Below are positions 47,601-60,022 of a stretch of DNA of 64,000 nucleotides, piece after piece; position 1 is the stretch's first letter; each line of letters opens with the position of its first letter. Below the pieces are notes generated by a model. The model was given only the letters and a program-made list of their open reading frames with translations. It ran no database searches and was not told the origin of the DNA. The translations under genes were made by a program, and so were the position numbers. Where the stretch lies: the NCBI GenBank assembly GCA_973895155.1, contig OZ316895.1, positions 15,506,816-15,570,815 on the forward strand, read 5' to 3'. This DNA is from Marsupella aquatica. Taxonomy: Eukaryota; Plantae; Marchantiophyta.

Positions 47601-49206
47601 CACAAGAGTGTAGGACCTCCGCCAAGCCCAGGGCAGCAGCTCAATGAAACTCAATTTGCAACTCGTCTCACTCTCGCTCTTGCTGCAAAGAAAAAAAGTG
47701 CAGGTCAAACTCCTTTGTGGCCTCAGTCCCCACCGCTTTCCCCAAGCTATGGACAACTACTAGCAACTTGCGCTCACAACATGACATCCAGGTCTTTAGC
47801 CAACTGCACACTGGAAACCGAGAGAAGTGAGCGCAGTCACGCAAGGCCAAAAAAGACCAAAGTTGAGCCAAAGCAAAACTTTACTAATGTATTTACAGTC
47901 AAGCATGAGGGCAATCAGGTAAGCAGAAGACCACGCATTCCCGCAAAGAGTTGTAGGTTCTCGTCACTTCCTCGCCTCTGTATAGAAGGTCGATCGTTGT
48001 ATCTCGGGTACCCAATGATAGTGGAGATGAATGCAAATAGGCCTCACCAATCGCCAGTCATCCGCGATAAACCTCCCGACAACCTTTGTAAACTCTGGAC
48101 CCAGCCTCAACCTCACTCAGCACAGTAGCAAAACCTAGCAATGTCACCGCTGCAATGTTTTGTGCTTGCAATAAGCAGCCTCCTAAACCCACAGCTCCTT
48201 CCACTGCCAACAAAATGCCAATGACTCAACCCTCATTCCAACCCCGAGCTCCCAATAGTAGTGAGAATCCAAGCCTTTGACTGCAAGCGCACAGCGGAGA
48301 CAAGACACTCAAAGAAGCTCGATAGGATTCACTCAGGAAACCTAGGGCCCAAGCCTGACGATGTTCGGCTCTTCCTTCTCGCTCGCCAAATGCCGACACT
48401 CTGTGCTCGCGAAGGCACTCGTCGTTTCTCCCAAGGGTTTTGGCACAAGGGGTTTGGGAAAAACAGTCAATGGGCAAAGGCATTACCATGTAACACGTGG
48501 AAACTTGTGGCATGGTCCATTAGGTGAAGGGGTTCATGAAGCCAATTGAGGGCAACACGCATTACAAGGAAGAGTAGGTAGAAGTGGTCTTGCGGCAAAG
48601 GCATTGCATTGTACCCTTAACAAAAAGAGTCCCTAATATTGGGCTGTTCAATATTCCTAGATGAAGGGAGTTGCAACCATTTGAAATTGGCCAAGGGGTA
48701 TATTTGGAGACAGAATGCTGCCAAATGATGTTAGTGGGTTCAGTGTGTGTCTTTCTCTTTGTATGATGGAGTAACCAGTGGCCTGCATCATGGCGCGCGA
48801 CTTGCAATTGCACCGACCTCCGGTACATATACCTATAATCATTTTGTCAATCATACATATAAAGTATATATGTATGGGTTGGATTTGGGATGTGGGTCGG
48901 CATTATTATTTAATAAGAGCCAAAGTTATATTGTTCTTATATATGTGCAACCATGGTGATAAATATGGCAGAAAGCGCTATTATAATTGTGCTGAGTCAC
49001 TTATAAAACTTCAAAATAATTGCCTACACTAAGTTACAATTGCAACACTCCAAATAGTTATAGATATGCCTCTCCAAAAATTCACCAAAACTTAGTTGAG
49101 AAGGTGTAACAAAGATGACACCAATAACCTTGGAGTCACTAATTTCCAAAGGTCTCAAGTAAGTCATGTAAGGGAGGGTCTCAGATAGGGCCGGTTTCTT
49201 CTAGTG

Positions 49207-52033
49207 CATCCTGGGATTGCATCACAGTCCCATTTCTTGTGCCGATTCACAGCTGTAGCACCTATTTCCCAAAACAATCGCCTCACAAGCAAAACATCAC
49301 CATACTCTCTCTCAATACCAATGGCAAACTTCTCCTTGCAAAATGCAACTACATCATGAGCATTTTCCAAGCGAAAGCCATGTGTCCCCTTCAATTGCTC
49401 TCTCTGTATCCCGCTCTTGATGTGGCCTCCAAGGGCATCCTATCCATGCAGAAAAAGTCCATTCAATGTCACACAAGCATACAACTAGACTCCAAAGAAT
49501 AATGTTCTTGTATAACAGTAAAGAAGCTCATATGAAACTAAATAATGAGAACAACACAGTGAATTCAAATATTGGAGGTAGAGTTCCACACTTACAGCTA
49601 CACCCTTTCCATGTCCTGAAGCATGGAAAAACCATTTCATCCGTGCACCAAATCTCTTGTAATACCTTGAGACGTAGTAGAAAGGTCAACAAGCCTTAAA
49701 TTGTGAGGCAGCTCCATCGGACCAAACCCAATGCTGAGTGAATTCAATTCCCTCTTGCTTCATCCAATGATAATGAGCATCCATGCAATGCTGCACAAAC
49801 AAGGTGTTGTGAGTATTATCATCACTGATATAGAAATGATAGTCGGCGATGATATCTCTGTCACCAGCTTCACTCTGTGCCATACTCACTGTCCATCCCA
49901 TTGCAGCCTCCATAGATTGGTGCACATCTTCTCGATGTCTATAGGTCACATGGATCAACAAAGTAATCTGTTTGTTGTCCCAATGTTGCGATTGAATCTC
50001 ATTTTGCGTCTTGAAAGTGTAATTTTCAGAGAAGTCAATTGAAGACACTATGGTTCCTCTTGGGAACGTCTTCAAAAACAATCTAAACTGGTCACTTTGC
50101 CAGCGAGCTCTAAAATCATGAACAACACATGACTTCATTCTAGCTTCGACCACGTTCCTGAAATCACTTACAGACGTAGTCTTATACACCATCCTCAAGC
50201 GTTTAGACTTTTTTTGTGAACTCTCATCACTTCCCTGCTTCTTTGCTTTCTTCATTTTGTAAGTTGTCATCTAACTCCTGATATTCAAAACTCTGCCAAC
50301 TAATAGTTAGTTGTTGTGTGGAATCCAACTCCCATGGACACCAGTCCAGATTCAGCATTCCACAATCTACACAAACTCCCATAATACAGTCCTTCTTGTG
50401 CCATACCTGCCCCTCGGTTTTCTTACACAGGGCACCTTCCATCCAACCTCGAACAGAGGTAATGTGTGTCCTTGAAGCTACACAAGAAACACCTAATGGA
50501 ATGGCCACTGATTTACAAGTACAACACTGACAACTACACTCAAAGGGGTGATAAAACTTCCTGAATTTGTTTAGTGCGTCTTTCAGGAGGTCCATTTCAA
50601 CGTGCTGCTTGCAGCAGCATACATTTCGATCCTTCATGGTTCGAATGTAAAACGGTTTCAGATAACTGAAGGACCGCAGGCCTATAGAAACATCATTGTT
50701 CTCAGCCTTGCACCAATCTTGGAACTTGAAGAAAAATTCAACCTGTAAATAGACATCAACAGGGTGTTAATAGATTACCCAAATTCAGGCTCTCAAATTT
50801 GTATCGTTGGCTACAACTGAAGACGGGACTAAAGAATGCAGAAAATTTTAAGAACTCTCAAAGAAATTGAAGTAGCCAATGTGAGGATATCCTACCTCTG
50901 TATCCTCGAGCCAATGTACTTTATGTTCCTCATGTTGATTTGGTCCAAGTCGCTTTCTAGCTATCTCTTTCTTGCCTGGTGAGATTCTAGTGTATGTGCT
51001 CCAAAATAGTTCAACAATCTTGCGCACCTCTGCACTAATCTTGTCACTCCTGGTTTTCCTTTCCCCCATTGGGTATTTTATACATTGGTTCTCATCTATC
51101 TGCTTCCGCATGTTTGATGCTTTTTGAATGTTGTGTCTCTTGATACCAAAAGCCTTAGCTAAAGAGGACTGATATCGCTTGCCAACCGTGGACTGTCCGA
51201 CCATAGCTACCAACACTGAATGCTTTACAGCCAAGTGATCTTTCTTTTTACCCCACTTCACAATTTGCAAGGTCTGCCTAAGGTCAGTTATAGCAGCTCC
51301 TACAGATGCATCTAACTTAGGGGTCCCAAGAGCTGCAGGATGATATTCTCTCAATGAAGAATGCAACCAAAATCGCTCTAGGACTACCTTCCTTGCGGAT
51401 AAGTTGAAATCTCTCATTTTTTTGAATAAGACTGAAGTTACCTCGGAGACCACTGAATCAACCGCTCGTCTCGTTCTATTGGGCGTTTCCTCAGCAAGAT
51501 GACTAGACAATGAAACTTAAACTTCTCATCCTCCGAAGTCTCCAATATGCAGCTCATTTTCTAGCAGCATCTTTCTCCCTGAATTCTCTGGCCAAATGAG
51601 GGTCCTCTTGCATGCTTTGTGGACAGTGAGCTCCTTCACCTAATCGCACACGCAGTACTTCGAGGGCGGCTTGCTTTTGCCCTATCCTAGAGCGCAAACA
51701 TGACAATGTTTCTTTGCCTTCAGCACAGTCATTCTTGATGTTGTGCAGCTTCAACGCAGCTTGAGCGGTTGCCTCTCCATGTAAGCGCAGCGCCTCATTC
51801 CTAGCAGCAGTTAATAATACCTCACTTTGCTGCTGAGCATGAAAAATCAGGCCCGTACTATTGCCGTCTTCCGGTTGAATGCCTCTATTCAATTGCTCAG
51901 TGTTGACCTCTTGGCATTGCACGATAGGCTTGTCATACCATGACTTTTGCCTTCAAAAATTGCGCCATTCTCTTTTGTCTTTCTCTTCTTGGGATTCATC
52001 TTGGCGCCCCGCTTGGCGTCGCACTGGTGGCAT
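49207..52033 (-). pseudogene. Sola2-like transposase, N-terminal and catalytic part
   Basis: RKTRSDKI, Cys-rich CCCKQH...CIMGVCVDCG, SIDFSENY.FKTQNEIQSQHW, YISDD, WSDGAASQFK, ASGHGKG/DALGGHIK; several stops, frameshifts and introns. Confidence 0.88.
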
Positions 52034-52784
52034 CTCGCTAAAATTGATGGCAGCTCCTACAACACGTTGAGCCTTTGAACGTAAGTTCAAAACAATATTT
52101 CATAAGTTAAAGAGGCCATGGTCCAAGTTAAATGAGGCTCTAGATGGCAAAAATTCATGTGGGAACACCCGCACTCAAGCAAACAAAAAATGGAGTCTAA
52201 CAACATTGAGATGTCGCGCGGCTTACCCTTTACCAACGAGGTGAACACCCTACATTGCACAAGACGGTCGCCAAGCTTTTTGCTAGTTCTATGGATGATC
52301 TTTAGAATTTATCGAATCCGCTTGAGGCCAGAAGCTCTCTGGTAAAACTCCTGAAGAAAACCCGCAAAACATTACCGCAGATAGTCGACAGCCCTTCAAT
52401 TCCCATGGCTCCCTGCCTCTTCCGTAGAGTCCTAGCTGAGCCTAGCTAGGACTCCTTAGTCTACGCGTAATTAAGTATTTTGAAATTCAAATCGCTACTT
52501 AAGTCCTGTTTCATTGGTATTCATTACCACTTGGACTTCCTTTTAAGTCCTTTTGTCCTTAACCATTGAATCATTAATGGACGCTACTCCTAATCAAACC
52601 TCCTAGGACGCTTCCAAATGGACTGCTGGAGGTGAGGGGAAGATCCCACCTTCCATTCTCAATAAAGCAATCCAGGCCATTAGGTGTAACACCTTGTCCA
52701 TCTCTTGAACAAAGGGAAGGACTGGAATCCTTTTGGTGGAGATTTTGAATATCCTTTTTGCCCCCCTCAAGCTTGCATTTGACC

Positions 52785-53729
52785 AGGAGTATTCATTTCT
52801 TGAGGAGGGAGCAAGTACATAATTTGCATCGCATTGGAAGCGACATCCAAGGACATGTGTTCATATGTCATATCTTGGATTGCCCATTGATTCCTCGAAA
52901 TGCAACACTAGTTGCAAAACGATTCAAGGATGGAGACCGGCACAAGAGACAAACAAATGCCTTACAAGAAGTGCTAATGGGAGGCTTGAATCACAAAGGA
53001 ATCATTGGGACCCTGGCAATGACTATCGAAGATCCACCAAAACTTATCTATGATCATTACAATGGAGGTGACTTGGGAAGCTTCATAGATAAGTGTGGGA
53101 AATGGAGTAAGAGCAAGGGGAAGACACAATCCACTTTGGAAGTTGATGTGACATTGATATCCGAAAAAAAACTCTTTTTGAAATATCGTTTGGGGATTGC
53201 TATGGCTTTATTGCAGACATTGCAGTATTTGCATGCACACGACCGTTTCCATTGTAATCTTTGTTTTTGGAACATCCTTCTTCACTTTGATCACGAGGAT
53301 GATTTGGCAATCAGAGTTTATGTAGGAATATGTGATTTTGGGTTGTCTAAACACAAGTTACAATGCATATTACCACAAAATCTAATGTGGCCCACTCCTG
53401 CAGAGAAAGCTGTTGCGTATCAAAAACAATATCCACAATTGGCGCCTAAGCTAGTTCGTTCCGATCCAACAGAGTACAGTCAAGCAACTGACATATATGC
53501 TTTGGGCAATGTCTTTGAGACATTACTTACAAAAAATTGGGATGGAATGACCCTAATGACACGTTATGGAGAGCATGCCCCTAAATTGGAGATTATGATA
53601 CGTGACATGATGGCCACTGATGTCACCAAAAGAATGTATTGTGTTCATTGGAGTTTGAGAATGATGAGGACATTCCAGGATTGTAGATTAGTTCAACACA
53701 ATAGTCATTATCTAAGAGATTATGGATGA
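52785..53729 (+). pseudogene. Protein kinase domain (3' half of the split gene)
   Basis: VAKRF, E of helix C, GGDL, YLHAHDRFHCNL..NILL, CDFGLSK, APK, DIYALG; catalytic D appears as N and APE as APK. Confidence 0.88.
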
Positions 53730-53909
53730 TATAGTTTCATCATGAATGACAATGAAATATGACATGAACAATCATCTATTTAATTATGTCATATGAATTT
53801 AAATGTATTTCTCAATTTGCTTCATTGTGTTTTGTTATTATTTTTATATTGAAGAGTGTATGGTGAATGAATGCTAAATATGTTTTTGTTATTGTAGAAT
53901 TTGCAAGGA

Positions 53910-55830
53910 TGGGAAAATGGGATTTGGAATCCGACGAGGAGGAAAAACCTAGAAAGATTCCATATTTATATTTGCAACTTGCCCAGGATTTACAACTTTG
54001 GTCTCAGGATCAATACGTTGAAGAAGATTTTCAACCCATAGACGAGGACATTGGAATGAGTAGCAATCATGCAGGGCAAAGCATAACCAAAATGGATGAG
54101 GATACCAAGCATGTTGAATGAAATATCACAATGCCAAATGTGAAACCTCCTCACAATGAATGGCCTATCAACGCCAAAGAATTGGAGATATTGATGTCAC
54201 GTGTGGAGTTCCAAAACTGGATGAAAATTATTTTTGATGATGAAAATTTATGGGCCACAAGGTCTTGGATGCAAGATAAGTACACAATGTCCAAGGTAAC
54301 ACATGTGGAAATTGGCAAGCATTGGCGCAACAAGCTCGGTTTATCCTCCTTTTCTCCGACTCCTAATAGCTGAATTCATTCTGAAGTGGAAGGTGGATTA
54401 CCGTTGGGAAACAGAAGAGGGCAAGATGACTCACTCTGTGCATCAGTCTATTCTAGACATTGCAGGTTTGAAGAGCAACAAAAATACTACAAAAGATTTG
54501 TCGAGTCAAGCAACCAACAAAGGGTCAAAAAGAAATATACATGATACGCAAGACATTCATGCACATCAGAAAGATAAGTCGATTGCACTGAGACGACTCT
54601 TCACTAAATCCGAAAGTTTCAGCGCACCAAAACAGGTGGACAAAACATCAAACATTACAACATCTACAAGTAACAATTTACCAGGAAAGTTCACTGGTGT
54701 TTTGGATCCAAAGAAAGAATCATTGAGCATGGAGATTGTGTGCAAGAGTTTGGGCACAAAGATTGGTCATTTGATCAAGAACAATCTCCGCACAAAGTTT
54801 TGTCTTGACCTTTGTGAAGCTAGCAGCATTGACTACTACAAGTCAAAGTTGCAAAATAATCTTTTGAAGATGAAAGCAATGGAAAAAATGCCCATTCAAA
54901 GTGCGACTACTTAAGGGGTGAAGGAATATAAGGTGCAACTGTACGACAAGATGGAGGAGATTGCAAAGCTCAACAAACAACTTGCCCAAAAGGATGGTCA
55001 AGGTAGTCAAATGAAACAAGTTCAAGAGGTAGATAGAGTCATTCAGGATTTGAAGAATCAAGTTGCATCACAAGAGGTGATCATAAGAAATCTGCAAGAG
55101 GAGATTGAGCAAATGAACACTACTGAGGTGGATGGTCAATTAGAGAAGAAAAAATCAAGATGCATGAACTACAATTATATGAACTTGCAAATGATTGATC
55201 CTATGGGAGAATCTCATCTTTTTCCGGATGTGGAGAAGGATCCAAAAGACGTTGAGAAATTTTTTGACAAGTGGAAGAGCAACGAAAATATGGCCCAATT
55301 TGTTCGAGAAAAGGATGGAAGATGTACTTGGTGCTTGTATCCATGGGGTCCCAAATCTGTTTCCATTTTGGGAACATGCGGTCACTTATGGCATCATGCT
55401 TGCTTGTTTCGGTGGATGAAGAAGAACCAAAAATATTGGTGTCCGAAACCATTCATCAACGAGAGTATGAGCAACGAGGTTTGTTGAAACAAATGCCACC
55501 AATGGAGACACAGCAAGACACTGAAAAAATGACTCAAGAGAGTATTGCAATGACACAAATCGATTCAAGGCCCATTGACAACTTCACAGTCAATGATTAC
55601 AACTTGTCAGGAGGTGAATTTCAAGAGTGGAAGGAATATGCAATGGCCAATCGACCAACAACAGATGAGCAAAACATGCAGTGATCTATTCGTCGCCATC
55701 ATCATCGTCAGCAACTGGCAGAGGTGAAAGCAAAAGCGCAAGACAATGAGAACCAAAATTACTAGATTGCAAACACAATGTTTAGTATAGCATATTTTAT
55801 TGCATAGGACATGCACAATCCGGCGTAGTA
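53910..55830 (+). pseudogene. Coiled-coil + RING-H2-like protein, degraded
   Basis: Consecutive ORFs broken by stops and frameshifts; coiled coil followed by CTWC...CGHLWHHACL..W...C. Confidence 0.7.
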
Positions 55831-55852
55831 TATCATAGTTTGTCGTATAGTA

Positions 55853-58703
55853 CTAGCATGTAATACCTAAACAAATATCAAGGTTGTGACGAAAAGTGTC
55901 TTGTGTTATTTTTTTTTTTTTTTGCAACTGTCGATCAAATTGAAATTGTCTGGTCATCCATTGGACCGGATCTGCGCTATGATATTCTTGAAATGCGCCA
56001 ACACGGGCATGTATGCTTGATGTGTATGGATTTGTCATGTTGTGCCTTTCATACATATTGAGTGTTGGAGAAGCATGTTGTCCCCACTGTGCATCATCAG
56101 GTTGTGCAAACAAAGTTGGTGTTGTTCTCTCCGGACAGAGCTCCGATGCAGCACCTCGTCATTCAAATAAGTAGGAAGTATTTGCTTGGACATCATTTTG
56201 TAGATTCAATGTTGGGTAGGTGAAGGATGGGTTTGGTTGGGAAGGCACTACAAAGTTTGCATCGAATGAGTAGTCCTCGTCATCCTGAATTTGAGACTCA
56301 TCGATTGTAGGGAACATCATTAAATCCATTTCATCTTCCCATTCTCCGGCATCACTTATTTCAGTATCTGGTGGAATACGAGTCAACATGTCATTATCAT
56401 TGTGTAATGATAATCCTTGCAAAGCCTCATCTGCGTCATCAATTTATCAAAATTCTCCACGTCATCTTTTCCAAAAGCCGCACATGTAACACATGTTGTT
56501 CAGTGTGACATCCTTCTATGGAAGTAGGTCTCGGCCCATCATTTGTTGCTGTTCTTTCATCATATCGTCTGTACATAGAAGTATGAGGGTTTCTCACCTT
56601 TATGAACCCTTTTTGCACCCTCGAATTTGTGAATACAAAAACAAAATCCTTTGCTCGATCATTGGTCAACCTGTTACAGCTTTTTGAATGGATAAAGCCG
56701 TACGAACTCCAATTTCGTTCGCATGAAGATTCACACATTTGTTGATGCGTGATTCTTTTGGCCATCAATCTTAGCTCCGCGTAATCAGCTCCATACAAAT
56801 GCCACCACTCTCCAGGACTTAATTTCCCAATATTGGATTGTGCTCCTCTTATTGCAACCGATGAATTTGGCAATTTTTTTTGAGCCTCAAATGCCTGCAT
56901 TTGGATGTCAGAAATAAGTGTCGTCACATCTCAATCATGGTTGATTCCTGCCTTCACCTTGTGTTCTGCATATATCTATGAACGTATTCATTGAAGCCTC
57001 TATACAGTTCTGCATCTCTTGCCACATCTTCATCTTCATCTTCATCGAAGAAAAATTGAGGATTCAGATATGCTGCTGCTAACATGAAATCAGTAGTGAG
57101 TGATTTTCGTCGATCCATATACACTTTCATTATCTTTGGTTTTAAGTAGTTCGTTACTAATGTACACCCCTCCATGCTCGCCTCCAGTTTAGCTATTCTT
57201 TTTTTCAAGCTCCAATATAGTCAAGGAGACTGTGGTGAAACTCCATCGAATTCTTGCAACATCTTCACCAACGGCAGGAAAAAAGCGACTGTAGATTTTA
57301 CTTGAGCCCAAAATGTATCTTGCTGTATCCACGATTTAAGTTCGTCTGCCTTTGCCCTCGTCATATGCCCTTGTGACTTTGGTCGAACTGGCAGCCGATC
57401 ACGATAGGATTGCCACTTATCGTCAATGACCATTTGTTGTAAAGCTCCTCTTAGCTCCAATGCTCTCTACGCCATTAAAAAATTTGTTGCAAATCTCGTT
57501 GCATTTGGATTTAACAACTTCCTGTAACCGGATTTCCTCACAAATATTGCAGACAACTTTTATGATGATGTAACTGCTTTAACTATCCATCTCAAGTGCT
57601 TAAAAACAATTTGAATGGATTTTTTTCCGCTCATCTAGCACTACATTCTTGTGGCCACACATGTCTTCTAGTAACATATTAAACACGTGGGCAGCACACT
57701 AACTCCACGTCACATGTGGATATTTTTTCATGACTATCTCTTCGATAACAATTTGTATGATGTGATCAGCGCCAATGTCATCTATGTATTTTAACCACAT
57801 GTCACCAAGATACTTCCCATCTTTCAGCTTGTGCAGCGTTCCAACTATCCAAAAAAAAGTCTCCTTTTGAACTCAACAACATGACATTCATCAAAGATTC
57901 CCTTTGGATATTTTCCCATCCATCGGATGAAAGGGAATATCCAAAGGGTTTTGCCTCCTTCATTGGTTTTGTCATGTCCTTTGTAAGATCAACTCTAGCC
58001 TCCTCCAATAATTTCATTCGCAAATTTTGCATACCCGGAAGAGAATATCCATTTACAATCCCTTTTGAGGTTTCTGTGACTGCTTCACGGAAGAAAGAAT
58101 TCTCCGACACATTGAACGGAATACCACTTGAATAAAAAGCTTTAGCCCACAGCTTATCCAAAAGAGCTCTATTTGGAATTTGATAAGCATCCATGATTGG
58201 GTTTGCAAAATTTGATGCTCTACTTCGATGACTCATATTTCCATCCTCATCAAGGTCAACAAAATTTGAGTCTCGAGTTGATGCTTGCAAATTGGAAGAT
58301 GGGTTATATGACCTACGACCTCTCATGGATAACAAAATATGACTTCCATCACTTCGTTTGTACTTTATGGATGGGTCAACCTTTATGACATTGTACATTC
58401 TATTGATGTCATCTAAGTCAACAACTTCATACAAGCCTATGCAAGGTGGCCATCTCCTTTGAGTATGTTTCCCGTTAAATGTGCTTTTGCTCGTGTTGCA
58501 TGATGCGTTGTATATTTCTTGCAAAATTTGCATCTTCGATATATACGATTAATATCATTACACGCTGATGGCGTATCACATCGTTCAAAATATTTCCACA
58601 CTGGGGAGAATTTTGCACTACGATCTCGATTGTGATTTCCACCGTGCCTAACAGGAGTAGAATGAGCTGATGAGTTGCCCGACTCATCTTCTTCGGAAGA
58701 CAT
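55853..58703 (-). pseudogene. hAT (Ac/Tag1-like) transposase
   Basis: BED finger (VWKYF...CKFC...H), DUF659-like GIPFN...SSDGW, AAAYLNP, dimerisation domain WW..YG...LAKR...SSCERNWS..IHSK..NRL; multiple lesions; 3' end approximate. Confidence 0.93.
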
Positions 58704-59463
58704 GATCAAAAACAAGAACTTTACACACAAAGTGTCTACTTATACGTCGCTAAACATAGTCACTTAATAAAATTTGAATGATTATTTGTTATTCTTTTGA
58801 AGTAACAACAATAAAACGAGAAAAAAAAACTACTAACACGATTTCGGACCAAACGAGAACTATTTCCTCTAAACGAGAAGTGTATTTTCATTTTCCGCCG
58901 AATCTCACGAAATCGGCAGTTTTTTTCATCAAAAACACGTTTTTGGGGAAATAATGTAATTCGTATCGGAGTTCGGATTGAAACAGCATATTTAATAATG
59001 ATCAAAACCAATGAAATTCATGCTAACAAACATTCATATTATCAAGGAACAATTAGATCCAAAAAACTTTCTCCTCGACCTCATATTCACGCTCTCCAAA
59101 GATATATGAAAGGTCTTATCTATAAATCCATATCCATGTTTCGAGCCAAGTGCGATAACTGTATCGGACTCCGGATTTGAGCCACGAAAACTCCGACCCA
59201 ATCTCAGGTCTCTCAGTTTTTGGATATTTACCAAAAATATTTTACATCACAGTCGATAAGAATTACTGCACGGTTCGTCAAACTTACCTTGCAATTACCT
59301 CCGCAATTGACCAGTTACCTCCGCAAGTGACCATAGTCAACATGCCATTCTTTCAACAGCAATGCGCAGTCCGATAAAATTATCGCAAAAACTACGGGCG
59401 ACAAAATACTAGTCGACAATACTAAGATCCTTCGATTCATCGGTTAAATTTCAAAATTCCTAT

Positions 59464-59738
59464 CCATATGAAGAAAACTCTTCGCAATACCAACATCAGA
59501 TAAATTTATCGCTTCAATTTCAAAATTGCAACTTCCATATGAAGGAACCACTTTTGCAATACCAACATCAGATAAATGTATCGCTTCAATTTCAAATTGC
59601 AACTTCCATATGAAGGAACCACTTTTGCAATACCAACATAAGATAAATTTATCGCTTCAATTTCAAATTGCAACTTCCATATGAAGGAACCACTTTTGCA
59701 ATACCAACATCAGATAAATTTATCGCTTCAATTTCAAA
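59464..59738. repeat. ~71-bp tandem repeat x4 containing GATAAATTTATC
   Basis: CCATATGAAGGAACCACTTTTGCAATACCAACATCAGATAAATTTATCGCTTCAATTTCAAATTGCAACTT. Confidence 0.95.
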
Positions 59739-60022
59739 ACTATATAATTTTGCCACGATGCAAGTGTGAGAATGAAATTGGAAATCCAAGAAATATACCC
59801 TTTTATGCTATTTTGTCGTTTAGGGTGACAGCCAATCAAAAGTGGACATGTGGGCCAACCCCTCAACTGACACTTTAAAAGGGCCACCGCCGATAAGTTT
59901 TTGGCGTTTATCGAGAGTAGAGTTTTGGGAGTTGTGTTCTTGGAGCAACATTCTGTCCGTTGAGCCTTTCGTTTTCCCTGATTGTGGGAGGAATGCAAAG
60001 CCCCATAGTGTCTCGGATAGCC

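Larger units (their letters stand above)
31131..49206 (-). mobile_element. CACTA (En/Spm) transposon 2, 18,076 bp, cargo-rich
   Basis: TIR CACTAGAAGAA(T/A)CCG; 3-bp TSD CAT at 31128-31130 and 49207-49209; GTGAC/GTCAC subterminal motifs; tnpD and tnpA-like genes. Confidence 0.96.
13524..52784 (-). mobile_element. Sola2-like DDD DNA transposon (~11.1-kb core) containing two nested CACTA elements
   Basis: TIRs GGTCAA(T/A)TGCAAGCTTGAGGGGGGCAAAA(A)GGA at 13524-13555 and 52752-52784; 4-bp TSD AGGA (13520-13523, 52785-52788); transposase motifs DFSENY / WSDGAASQFK / GHGKG..DALGG. Confidence 0.88.

Noticed and set aside
52758-52784. N-terminus of the kinase ORF as given in the ORF track
   Set aside because: These codons are the Sola2 right TIR; the real N-terminal half is at 12821-13523
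55780-55860. Left TIR of the hAT element
   Set aside because: Only weak similarity to 59390-59425 and no 8-bp TSD
59464-59738. Regular repeats as a CRISPR array
   Set aside because: Head-to-tail tandem units with no unique spacers
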